A stretch of DNA of 33,126 bases from Actinomycetota bacterium (GTDB taxonomy: Bacteria > Actinomycetota > Acidimicrobiia > IMCC26256 > VFJJ01). Under the pieces are notes generated by a model that was not told the origin of the DNA, searched no databases, and worked only from the letters and a program-made list of their open reading frames with translations. Location of the stretch: positions 1 to 33,126 of the forward strand of contig VFJJ01000160.1 in the NCBI GenBank assembly GCA_009886115.1, in the 5' to 3' direction. Of this stretch, positions 8,455-16,405 are shown one piece after another (position 1 is the stretch's first letter; each line of letters begins with the position of its first letter). Position numbers and translations under genes: made by a program.

Positions 8455-10115
8455 ACCGTCTCCAGGTAGAGGTGCACGTTGCTGATCGCGCTCGAGCCTT
8501 CACCGACCGCGGATGCCACTCGTTTCATCGAGGAGCGCCGCACATCGCCGGCCGCGAACACGCCGGGTGCACTCGTCTCCAGGAGGAACGGCGGCCGTCG
8601 CAGCGCCCAGCCGGGGCCGTCGACGCCGCCCAGCGCACCAACGTCGGGACCGGTCAAGATGAACCCGTGCTCATCTCTCGCGACGACGTGAGCGAGCCAG
8701 TCGGTGCGCGGTTTCGCCCCGATGAACGCATACAACCAGTTCGCCGACACGTCCTGCTGCGTCCCGGTGTCGCGCTCGACAAGGGTGAGCCATTCGAGGT
8801 GATCGGAGCCGCCACCCCGGACGATCTCGGTGCGTAGACGTACTTCGATCCTGTCGGAGGCGAGGATCCGATCAACGAGGTACCTCGACATCGAGGCCTC
8901 GAGCGACTCGCCGCGCACCAGCATCACCACGCGGCGTGCGTACTGAGCGAGGTGGAGCGCCGCTTGCCCGGCCGAGTTGGCAGCGCCGACGAGATACACG
9001 TCGTCGCCCTCGGTCGTGCGGGCATCACTCACCGAGGCGCCGTAGTACACGCCTCTCCCCGTGAAGTCGGCGAGCCCTTCAGCGGTCAGCAACTGGTACG
9101 ACACGCCGGTAGCGACGACGACGGCTCGCGACTCGATCTCGGAACCGTCGTCGAAGCTGAGCGCGAAGATCGAACCGCGCAACTCGAGCGACTGCACATT
9201 GCGGGCGAGCACCATCTCGGCTCCGAGCCGGCGCGCCTGTGTCGCCGCTCGATGGGACAGATCGGCGCCGCTGAGGCCGTTCGGGAAGCCGAGGTAGTTC
9301 TCGATCCTCGAGCTCTGGCCTGCCTGTCCCCCCGGCGCATCGCGTTCGATCACGATGGTCCGCAAGCCCTCCGAGGCCGCGTAGACCGCCGCAGCCAGAC
9401 CAGCAGGCCCGGCGCCCACGACCACGACGTCGTACAGCGCTGCTTCTGTGGTGGTGTGGAGTCCCAGCGCGCTCGCGAGCTCGAGCGTGCTCGCGCCGTG
9501 CAGCACCGTGCCGTCCGGCAGGAGCACCAGAGGAAGCCCGCCCTCCGAGGCGCCGAAGAGGCCGTGCAGCCGCTGGGCCTCGGCGTCGGTGTCGAGCTCG
9601 AGCCACTGGTAGTGGACATGGTTGCGGGCGAGGAAGATCCGCGTGTCGTAGCTCCGTTCCGACCACCGGTTCCCGACCACGCGAACGCCTTCGAATCGTT
9701 GGCTGTTGGCACGGTCCCAATCGTCCAACAGATCGTCGAGCACCGGGTACAGACGCTCTTCCGGCGGCGCCCACGGCTTCATCAGATAGTGGTCGAGGCC
9801 GATCTCGTTGATCGCGGTGATCGCCACCTCGGTGTCGGCGTATGCAGTGAGGAGGAGGAGCTTGGCGCCCGGCGCGATCGGTCGAGCCCGTTCGAGGAGC
9901 TCGATCCCGGTCATCTCCGGCATGCGATGATCCGACAGGATCAACGCAACCGGATGATCACGTCGACCGAGCTCCTCCAACGCCGCCAGTGCCTCTGCGC
10001 CCGACGTGGCCCGGATGATCCGGTACCGCTCGGCGTAGCGCGCCCGCAGGTCACGGGCCACCGCCTGCGAGACCGTCACGTCGTCGTCGACAGTCAGAAT
10101 CGCCGGTCTCGCCAC
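8451..10115 (-). CDS. Response-regulator receiver fused to thioredoxin-reductase-like FAD oxidoreductase
   Basis: REC domain ILTVDDD...LILSDHRMPEMTG...LLTAY...KPW, then GAGPAG, GGQAGQSSRIENYLGFP, GAANSAG, PGVFAAGDVR. Overlaps the kinase start (ATGA). Confidence 0.93.
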   Translation of the reverse strand: MARPAILTVDDDVTVSQAVARDLRARYAERYRIIRATSGAEALAALEELGRRDHPVALILSDHRMPEMTGIELLERARPIAPGAKLLLLTAYADTEVAITAINEIGLDHYLMKPWAPPEERLYPVLDDLLDDWDRANSQRFEGVRVVGNRWSERSYDTRIFLARNHVHYQWLELDTDAEAQRLHGLFGASEGGLPLVLLPDGTVLHGASTLELASALGLHTTTEAALYDVVVVGAGPAGLAAAVYAASEGLRTIVIERDAPGGQAGQSSRIENYLGFPNGLSGADLSHRAATQARRLGAEMVLARNVQSLELRGSIFALSFDDGSEIESRAVVVATGVSYQLLTAEGLADFTGRGVYYGASVSDARTTEGDDVYLVGAANSAGQAALHLAQYARRVVMLVRGESLEASMSRYLVDRILASDRIEVRLRTEIVRGGGSDHLEWLTLVERDTGTQQDVSANWLYAFIGAKPRTDWLAHVVARDEHGFILTGPDVGALGGVDGPGWALRRPPFLLETSAPGVFAAGDVRRSSMKRVASAVGEGSSAISNVHLYLETV

Positions 10116-10395
10116 GGCACCTCCCTTCTGAAGCGACCCCTTCGGGGCTCAGGCGAGGGAAGCTACCCCACCAATCCGCAGAGCGACATGCCTCATCAGG
10201 CGTGGATCGGCCCCGAACGACGACGCGAACGAACGCCCCCGTCGTCGAAGAGCGAACTACGTTGGGTTCGCAGTTCGAGGAGCCGCACGAGAGGCGTCAC
10301 CGACGACGACGCACCTGGGCACAACCGGCGCTTCGCAGGAGCGTCTCTCACGGCCGAGACCGCTGGACAACATCGAGCACCGAAGGATCGTGACC

Positions 10396-11637
10396 ATGGC
10401 CATGATCGAACCGATCGAGGATCTCTCCGACCCCACCTGGGATCCGCATCTCGGCGACGAGTTGTTCTTCGGGACGCTCAGCGATCCGTACCCGATCCTC
10501 GCCCGGCTCCGGGAGAGCGCCGGAGTGGTGCCTGGTGATTTCCGCGACGCCATGGGATTGCCGCCGAGCCCCCCGCAGGCGTACGCCCCGCACTACATGG
10601 TGCTGTCGTTCGCGGCCATCGACCATGTGCTGAGCCATCCCGAGGTGTTCTCGAACAAGGCGTTCGATTCCACGCTCGGGGCCGCGTTCGGCCACACGCT
10701 CAGCGTCATGGACCAGCCCGAGCACACGGGCTACCGCAAGACCCTCCAGCGGGTGTTCCGGCCCAACATCGTCCAGGAGTGGGGTACGGGGATCGTCGAC
10801 CCGGTGATCGACGAGCTCGTCGGTGCTTTCCGCGAGAACGGCAGGGCCGAGCTCGTCGAGCAGTTCTGCCGTCCATACCCGTTCACGGTCATCTACCGGA
10901 TGATCGGCCTCCCGGCTCGCGACATCGCCACCTTCTACCGGTTGACAGTCACCCAGATCCTCTCGCCCGTGCGGATGGACATGGCGCTCGAGGCCTCGGC
11001 CAAGCTCGGCCGGTACTTCACGGCGATGCTCGCCGAGCGGCGCAGGAACCCCGGCACCGACCTCGTGAGCGTCCTCGCCACCGCCGAGACCGACGGTGAA
11101 CGGCTGCCCGACGATGTGGTCATCTCGTTCCTGCGTCAGCTCATCAACGCCGGCGGCGACACGACCTTCCGGACGACGACCATCCTCCTCACCGGCCTGT
11201 TGACCAACCCCGATCAGCTGGAGGCGGTCCGCGCCGACCGCTCGCTCATCGGTCCGGCCATCGAGGAGGCCCTGCGATGGGACGGCCCCGTCGTCGCCAG
11301 CATGCGCGAGACGATCGAGGACACCGTCGTCGAAGGCGTGCCCATCCCCTCGGGGACCTTCATCGACCTCCTCTACGGCGCCGCCAACCACGACCCGGCC
11401 ATGTACGAGCACCCCGAGCGCTTCGACATCTTCCGCGCGAGGCGCCGCCACTTCGGCTTCTCCAGCGGCATCCACAACTGCATCGGCCAGCAGCTCGCCC
11501 GTCTCGAGATGACCCGGGCCGTCAACGCCATCCTCGACCGTCTCCCCAACGTGAGGCTCGACCCCGAAGCCCCGGCCCCCCAACCCCGGGGAGCCATGAT
11601 GCGCACGCCCCCGGCGATCAACGTCGTGTTCGACTGA
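10396..11637 (+). CDS. Cytochrome P450
   Basis: I-helix NAGGDTT, K-helix EEALR, heme motif HFGFSSGIHNCIG. GAAGGA RBS before ATG 10396. Confidence 0.95.
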   Translation: MAMIEPIEDLSDPTWDPHLGDELFFGTLSDPYPILARLRESAGVVPGDFRDAMGLPPSPPQAYAPHYMVLSFAAIDHVLSHPEVFSNKAFDSTLGAAFGHTLSVMDQPEHTGYRKTLQRVFRPNIVQEWGTGIVDPVIDELVGAFRENGRAELVEQFCRPYPFTVIYRMIGLPARDIATFYRLTVTQILSPVRMDMALEASAKLGRYFTAMLAERRRNPGTDLVSVLATAETDGERLPDDVVISFLRQLINAGGDTTFRTTTILLTGLLTNPDQLEAVRADRSLIGPAIEEALRWDGPVVASMRETIEDTVVEGVPIPSGTFIDLLYGAANHDPAMYEHPERFDIFRARRRHFGFSSGIHNCIGQQLARLEMTRAVNAILDRLPNVRLDPEAPAPQPRGAMMRTPPAINVVFD

Positions 11638-11682
11638 GTGACTGAGTGACTGAGTGACTGAGTGACTGAGTGACTGAGTGAC
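11632..11682. repeat. Perfect octamer tandem repeat (GACTGAGT)x6 plus a partial unit
   Basis: Read directly. The first unit contains the P450 last codon and TGA stop. Confidence 0.95.
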
Positions 11683-11720
11683 GGCCCGCCGAGCATGGGC
11701 GACGTCGAATCCGTCACACC

Positions 11721-11726
11721 TACACT
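11721..11726 (+). promoter_or_regulatory. Putative -10 element (TACACT) for a leaderless transcript of the merB-like gene
   Basis: TANNNT hexamer ending 8 nt before ATG 11735, with no clear Shine-Dalgarno sequence. Confidence 0.45.
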
Positions 11727-11734
11727 CGAGCGGC

Positions 11735-12394
11735 ATGGAAGCTGCCGATCTTCAGGTGCGGAACACGACGTATCACGGCTTCGTGGAGCTGGGCCGGGCC
11801 CCTGTCGTGGGCGAGATCGCCGGGCGCCTCCAGATGAGCGTCGCCGAGGTGGGGGCGAGTTGGCAACGACTCCACGGTCTCCATGCACTCGTCCTCGACG
11901 GTGACGGCTCCAGCCTTCGGATGGCCAACCCGTTCTCTGCCGTGCCGACCCGTCACCGAGTTCGCGCCGATGGACGATGGTGGTTCGCCAACTGCGCGTG
12001 GGATGCTTTCGGAATCTGCGCGGCGTTGCACGTCGACGGGCACATCTCGTCGGTCTGCCCGGACTGCAGCGAACCGATCGAGATCGACCTTGTCGCCGAG
12101 CAGCCCAGCGATACCTCGCTGCTGTTCCACAGCATCGTCCCCGCCGCACGGTGGTGGGATGACATCGTGTTCACGTGAGGCTCGATGAACCTCTTCCGGT
12201 CGGAGGAGCACATCGCCCACTGGCTCGACGGCCGTAGTCCTGGCATGACCACCACGGTCGTCACACTCAGCGAGCTCGCGCACGCCTGGTGGGGCAACCG
12301 CCTCGACCCCGCGTGGCAGCCCAGGTCGAAAGCGGCCAACCGCGCGATCCTCGACTCCCTCGGCCTCACCGGGCCGCTCTGGTCGCTCGACTGA
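11735..12394 (+). CDS. MerB (alkylmercury/organomercurial lyase)-like protein, probable selenoprotein (UGA148 = Sec), 219 aa
   Basis: N-terminal helical/HTH-like region, PFSAVPTRHRV, FANCAWDAFG (Cys87/Asp90), CPDC, WWDDIVFT-TGA-GSMNLFRSEEHI. ORFs 11678..12178 and 12185..12394 are in the same frame and separated by one TGA (12176-12178). Confidence 0.8.
12179..12215 (+). promoter_or_regulatory. Putative bacterial SECIS element
   Basis: Upper stem CUCUUCC (12191-12197) / GGAGGAG (12202-12208) with GGUC loop starting 19 nt after the UGA. Lower stem CGAUG (12183-12187) / CAUCG (12211-12215). Confidence 0.7.
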
Positions 12395-12517
12395 GCTCCG
12401 CCGCACCCGGTTCACCAGCACCCCGGCGTGTCGGCCGTCGTGTCGTGTCGCGTCCGCCTGGTTCGATCAGGTTTCGACGCGCTACTCGAACCGGTGATCG
12501 TCGTCGCGGCGGCGTTC

Positions 12518-13579
12518 TCACGGCACGGATGACGCGGCCCGAACGTGTTCCACGACAGGGGCGAACGCTTCGATCGTCTCCCTGAGCCCCTGATACATCG
12601 AAAACCCCGGCCGGCGCACGGCCGCCAGGTTGAAGCTGAGGCTCGTGAATCCCAAGTCCAGCACTCGCTCGACGAGCCGCATGCAGTCGTCGGCAGTCCC
12701 GGCCACACCGAACGCCTCGACCATCTCGGCCGAGATGAGCTCGTCGAGCTCGGGTGGGTCGTAGCGGTCGTGGGCGAAGTACCAGCCCCGCGCCCCGGTG
12801 AGTTCCGCGGTGATGGCGGCGAGTTGCTCGTCATCGATGGCGATGTCGTCGGGTCGGATCAAGGTGAGGTAATGGGCCACGTAGCGCTTGATCGACCGTC
12901 GGGCCAGGCTGCCGTCGGTCGAGGCGCACAGGGTGAGGCGGGGGGCGATCTCCACGGCGTTGACGGAGCGCCCGACGCGTGCCGCGCCGTCGGCCAGCCA
13001 ACCCCTGTATCTGTCGGCCACCTCGGCCGAGAGATATCGGGCCCCTACCAGCGCGATATCGGCCATCTCGCCAGCGAGCCGCATCACCTGTGGACTGCGA
13101 GTCCCGATCGAGATCGGAACGCCGCCCGCCAGGGCACCGCGCTCGAGCCTTCCGCTCGTGAGCGTGGCGCGGATCGTGTCGACGGCCGAGCGCAGCGTGG
13201 CAATGGGATCGGGATAGCCGATACCGAGGTCTTCCAAGCCGGCGCCGACCCCCAACCCGCAGAACACCCGTCCATCGCTCAGCTCGTGCAGCGACTGGAG
13301 TGCCCCGGCGATGATCGCCGGATGGCGGGTGTAGGCATTGGTGACCATCGATCCCACGTGGATGCGACTCGTGGCCCGCAGGCACTCGGCCTGGACGAGA
13401 AAACAGTCGGGGTACCACAACACGTCGGAAACGCCGAGCCGGTCGAAGCCGGCGTCCTCTGCAGCGCGAGCCAGCGAGGCGGCTTCGGCCAGCGTCATGC
13501 CCGGGGTGATCTCGGCCTCGAGCGTGAGCGGCCGTCGTTCGTGGAGCGCTGATGGCATGTGCGTCGTCGCGGCGCTCAC
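12518..13579 (-). CDS. LLM-class (luciferase-like) oxidoreductase, Mer-like, possibly F420-dependent
   Basis: ARAAEDAGFDRLGVSD, TSRIHVGSMVTNAYTRHP, LHELSDGRVFCGLGVG, MRLAGEMAD. GTG start overlaps the upstream stop (alternative ATG at 13558). Confidence 0.88.
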   Translation of the reverse strand: MSAATTHMPSALHERRPLTLEAEITPGMTLAEAASLARAAEDAGFDRLGVSDVLWYPDCFLVQAECLRATSRIHVGSMVTNAYTRHPAIIAGALQSLHELSDGRVFCGLGVGAGLEDLGIGYPDPIATLRSAVDTIRATLTSGRLERGALAGGVPISIGTRSPQVMRLAGEMADIALVGARYLSAEVADRYRGWLADGAARVGRSVNAVEIAPRLTLCASTDGSLARRSIKRYVAHYLTLIRPDDIAIDDEQLAAITAELTGARGWYFAHDRYDPPELDELISAEMVEAFGVAGTADDCMRLVERVLDLGFTSLSFNLAAVRRPGFSMYQGLRETIEAFAPVVEHVRAASSVP

Positions 13580-14025
13580 GGCATCTGCAGCAGGTGGTGG
13601 CTCACGTCTCCCGGGAGGTGTCCCGAGCCCTCGCGGTAGACGATCCTCCAGCGCCCGTCGATGCGACGGAAGCGGTCTTCGTAGCGGTTGGCCCACACGG
13701 GCTGCAGGGGGAACTCGTCGGTCCGCTGGATCACCGTCATGTAGTAGTGGCATGACGCGGTGCCGGCCTCGTCGTCGATCTCGACGATGTGGTTCGTGGC
13801 GATGTGGCGCGTGTGCGGTGTGCCATCGTCGGGGTAGCGCCGAGTCCACTGCTCGAACGACTCCCTCACGGCGTCGCTGCCGTGGTACGAGCGGCCCTCG
13901 GCCATGACCACCTCGGCATCCTTCAACAGCTCACCGATCCCGGCGAAGTCGCCGGCGTCGATGAGCCGTGGATACGAGTGCACCAGATTGATGATCTCCA
14001 GGTAGCTCTCGAACGACGCGGTCAT
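13576..14025 (-). CDS. SnoaL-like / NTF2-family protein
   Basis: EIINLVHSYPRLIDAGDF, TRHIATNHIVEID, RYEDRFRRIDGRWR. Confidence 0.87.
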   Translation of the reverse strand: MTASFESYLEIINLVHSYPRLIDAGDFAGIGELLKDAEVVMAEGRSYHGSDAVRESFEQWTRRYPDDGTPHTRHIATNHIVEIDDEAGTASCHYYMTVIQRTDEFPLQPVWANRYEDRFRRIDGRWRIVYREGSGHLPGDVSHHLLQMP

Positions 14026-14219
14026 GGTCACGCTCCTCGAGTTCGTGGACGGTTCCGAAAGCGCGGGCTGCTGGCGAACCCGACGGGCCATGCGAGACAC
14101 CGGTACGTTACGGTCGCCGGACCCCGGGCACACGCGCCAACGACCGACCGGCGCTCGCGATCGGGGGGGGTGCTCGCTTTGGGCACCTGCACCACGTCGA
14201 CCGGGCGGAGGCCAGTGGC

Positions 14220-15056
14220 ATGGAGCTGAACGGCGCAGTGGCGGTGGTGACGGGCGGGGCGAGTGGCATCGGGCTCGCGCTGGCGCGGCGGGCGCTGGCC
14301 GAGGGCGCACGCGTCGTGCTGGCCGACGTCGAGGAGGCTGCGCTCGACAGGGCCGTCGCCGAGCTCTCGACCAACGGCAACCAGGTCTGGGGTGTGCGTA
14401 CCGATGTGAGCGATGCGTCATCGGTGGAAGCGTTGGCCCGTGAGGTTTCGGAGCGCCATGGCGACGTGCGGGTTGTGTTCGCCAACGCCGGGGTCACAGC
14501 CAGCGGAGCCATGTGGGAGAGCACGATCGACGACTGGCGCTGGATGCTCGATGTGAACGTGATGGGAACCGTCCACTGCGTGCGCTCCTTCGTGCCGAGG
14601 ATGATCGACGCCGGTCTGCCCGCGCACGTGTGCATCACCGGGTCGCTGGCCGGCTACCTGAACCAGCCCGGTTTCGGCGCGTACAACGCATCCAAGCACG
14701 CCGTGGTGGCCATCGCCGAGACCCTCGCCGCCGACCTGCGCGAGGCTGGGCACGCGATCGGCGTCACCGTGGTCGCGCCGTGGTTCGTGAGCACCCGCCT
14801 GGCCCAATCGGCCCGCAACCGCCCTTCGGCCCTCACTGACGCCACCGTCGCCAGTCCCTACATGCAGGCCCTGTGGGGAAAGCTCGCCGCGTATCGCGAG
14901 ATCGCTCAGACGGCCGACGAGGTTGCCGCCCAGACGGTCGACGCGGTGAAGGCCGATCGGTTCAGCGTGTTCCCGTTTCCCCCGTCGATCGACGCCGTCA
15001 GGGCCCGGTTCGAGGCCGTGCTCGGTGGCGACGTGCTCGGGCTCTACCAGCCGTAG
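14220..15056 (+). CDS. Short-chain dehydrogenase/reductase
   Basis: TGGASGIG, ANAG, catalytic YNASK. GGAGG RBS. Confidence 0.93.
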   Translation: MELNGAVAVVTGGASGIGLALARRALAEGARVVLADVEEAALDRAVAELSTNGNQVWGVRTDVSDASSVEALAREVSERHGDVRVVFANAGVTASGAMWESTIDDWRWMLDVNVMGTVHCVRSFVPRMIDAGLPAHVCITGSLAGYLNQPGFGAYNASKHAVVAIAETLAADLREAGHAIGVTVVAPWFVSTRLAQSARNRPSALTDATVASPYMQALWGKLAAYREIAQTADEVAAQTVDAVKADRFSVFPFPPSIDAVRARFEAVLGGDVLGLYQP

Positions 15057-15088
15057 CGCGCCTCGGGGCCCGGGCGCACCCTGCGCGG

Positions 15089-16060
15089 CTACAGGACGGC
15101 GATGGGGTTGACGGGGCAGCCCGTCCCCCCTCGAATGCGCAACGATGCCACGATCATCTGGAACTCGTAGCGACCGTGCTCGCGACATGCGGCTGCGAGC
15201 GTCTCGAGGTGCAGGTTGTCGATGAGGTGCAAGCCGATCCCGGTGATACCGATCTGGTGGATGGGGAACGGCCAATCGGCGATGGTGTGGAAGGGCATCC
15301 TGTCGGAGATGCCATCGCTCCCGAGCACCGATATCTCACGCTCGTGCAGGAACGTCAGACACTCTGGATGCAGCCCGGGCAGGCCCTCACCGAACGGGCT
15401 GAGCTGGCCGTGATGCTGTCGGCGGCGGGCATCGCGCCCGGTCGAGATCACGAGGAAGTCACCGGTTCCGACGCGGACGGCTTGCGCATCCTCGGCGGCG
15501 TGCAGGTCGTCGAGTGTCACGAGGTCGTCAGCGCTCAGGAACTCGCATCCCCGGAGGGCGGGGACGTCGATCAGAACGCCCCGCCCGACGAGACCGTCGG
15601 AGACGCTCATGATCGTGTTGGCCCGGGCGCCGTCGGCACGCACCTCCGATGCCGGGATGCCGTTGTACATCTCGCCCCGCACGAACATGTGGCACAGGGC
15701 GTCGATGTGGGTGAGGCCGAGACCGTGCACCTGGGTGCCCACGTAGTCGCCACACGCTTCGTAGCCCGGAATCCCGGTGCTGTCGCGCGAGTCGCCCGAC
15801 GTGAGCATGTGGTGCTGCGCCGGGAATGGCGACTCGGCAGATGGCATGACGGGGAGGTCGTGGGCCATGCTCAGCGTCACGCCCTGCCTGACGAGCGCGG
15901 CGGCCGCGGCCCGGTGCTCGGCCGTCTGATGGTTCAAGGCGCCCCGCTGGTCGTCGCCACCCCAGCGCCCCCAGTTCTTGAGCCGCTCGTACGCGGCGTC
16001 GAGGTCGGCTGTTGAGGGCAACGGCCGGGGCTGGACGGGTGCAGGTGTGGGTGTGGTCAC
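15089..16060 (-). CDS. Cyclase family protein (kynurenine formamidase-like metal hydrolase)
   Basis: NWGRWGGDDQRGALN, HGLGLTHIDALCH, GRGVLID, GGTGCPVNPIA. Confidence 0.9.
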   Translation of the reverse strand: MTTPTPAPVQPRPLPSTADLDAAYERLKNWGRWGGDDQRGALNHQTAEHRAAAAALVRQGVTLSMAHDLPVMPSAESPFPAQHHMLTSGDSRDSTGIPGYEACGDYVGTQVHGLGLTHIDALCHMFVRGEMYNGIPASEVRADGARANTIMSVSDGLVGRGVLIDVPALRGCEFLSADDLVTLDDLHAAEDAQAVRVGTGDFLVISTGRDARRRQHHGQLSPFGEGLPGLHPECLTFLHEREISVLGSDGISDRMPFHTIADWPFPIHQIGITGIGLHLIDNLHLETLAAACREHGRYEFQMIVASLRIRGGTGCPVNPIAVL

Positions 16061-16175
16061 GAAGGCTCTCCCAGCGGATGTGCGACGGCCGACGGCAGCC
16101 CGCACCGGCGTAGCTTACGGAGCGGGTCGGGGCCCCAGAGGCGCTGGTTCGACGGGGGAGCCGTGCGGGGAATCA

Positions 16176-16379
16176 TCATCGCCGGGGTGGCGCCCGTCTC
16201 ACCGACAAGCTCACGCGGCGCGAGCCCGGTGCGCACGAGGTCGTCGGCCGGGCGGTTAGGAGCTCGACGAGCGGGCCGAACGACGTGCTCCGGTCGTGCA
16301 TCCCATGCACGAGCACGACGCGTGGTGCGTCGACCCGGCCGCTCGAGTGCTCGCGCCGGTGGATGGTCGCCGCTGTCAT
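16176..16379 (-). pseudogene. N-terminal fragment of an alpha/beta hydrolase
   Basis: ATG 16379 reads MTAATIHRREHSSGRVDAPRVVLVHGMHDRSTSFGPLVELL (VLVHG oxyanion motif), then loses similarity. Only about 300 bp are available before the next gene. Confidence 0.55.
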
Positions 16380-16405
16380 CGAACCACCCGCCCTCGAACC
16401 ACCCG

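Noticed and set aside
10116..10395. Riboswitch or small ORF in the divergent intergenic region
   Set aside because: Only a short CCC-TTCG-GGG hairpin was seen, with no recognisable aptamer motif or credible ORF.
8952..10538. Long antisense and alternative-frame ORFs (this one and e.g. 3102..4562, 25869..27515, 29427..30857)
   Set aside because: Typical stop-poor shadows of high-GC genes, with no recognisable motifs and full overlap with well-supported CDSs.
11632..11682. Possible CRISPR array
   Set aside because: Contiguous 8-bp units with no spacers and no cas genes; a simple tandem repeat.
12185..12394. Independent 69-aa gene
   Set aside because: No convincing RBS, in frame with the upstream MerB-like ORF, and it supplies the missing C-terminal part of that fold.
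12395..12517. ncRNA or tRNA-Sec downstream of the merB-like gene
   Set aside because: Contains GTTCGA and imperfect inverted repeats, but I could not build a cloverleaf or find a UCA anticodon arm. More likely a terminator-like hairpin between convergent genes. tRNAscan-SE/Secmarker would settle it.
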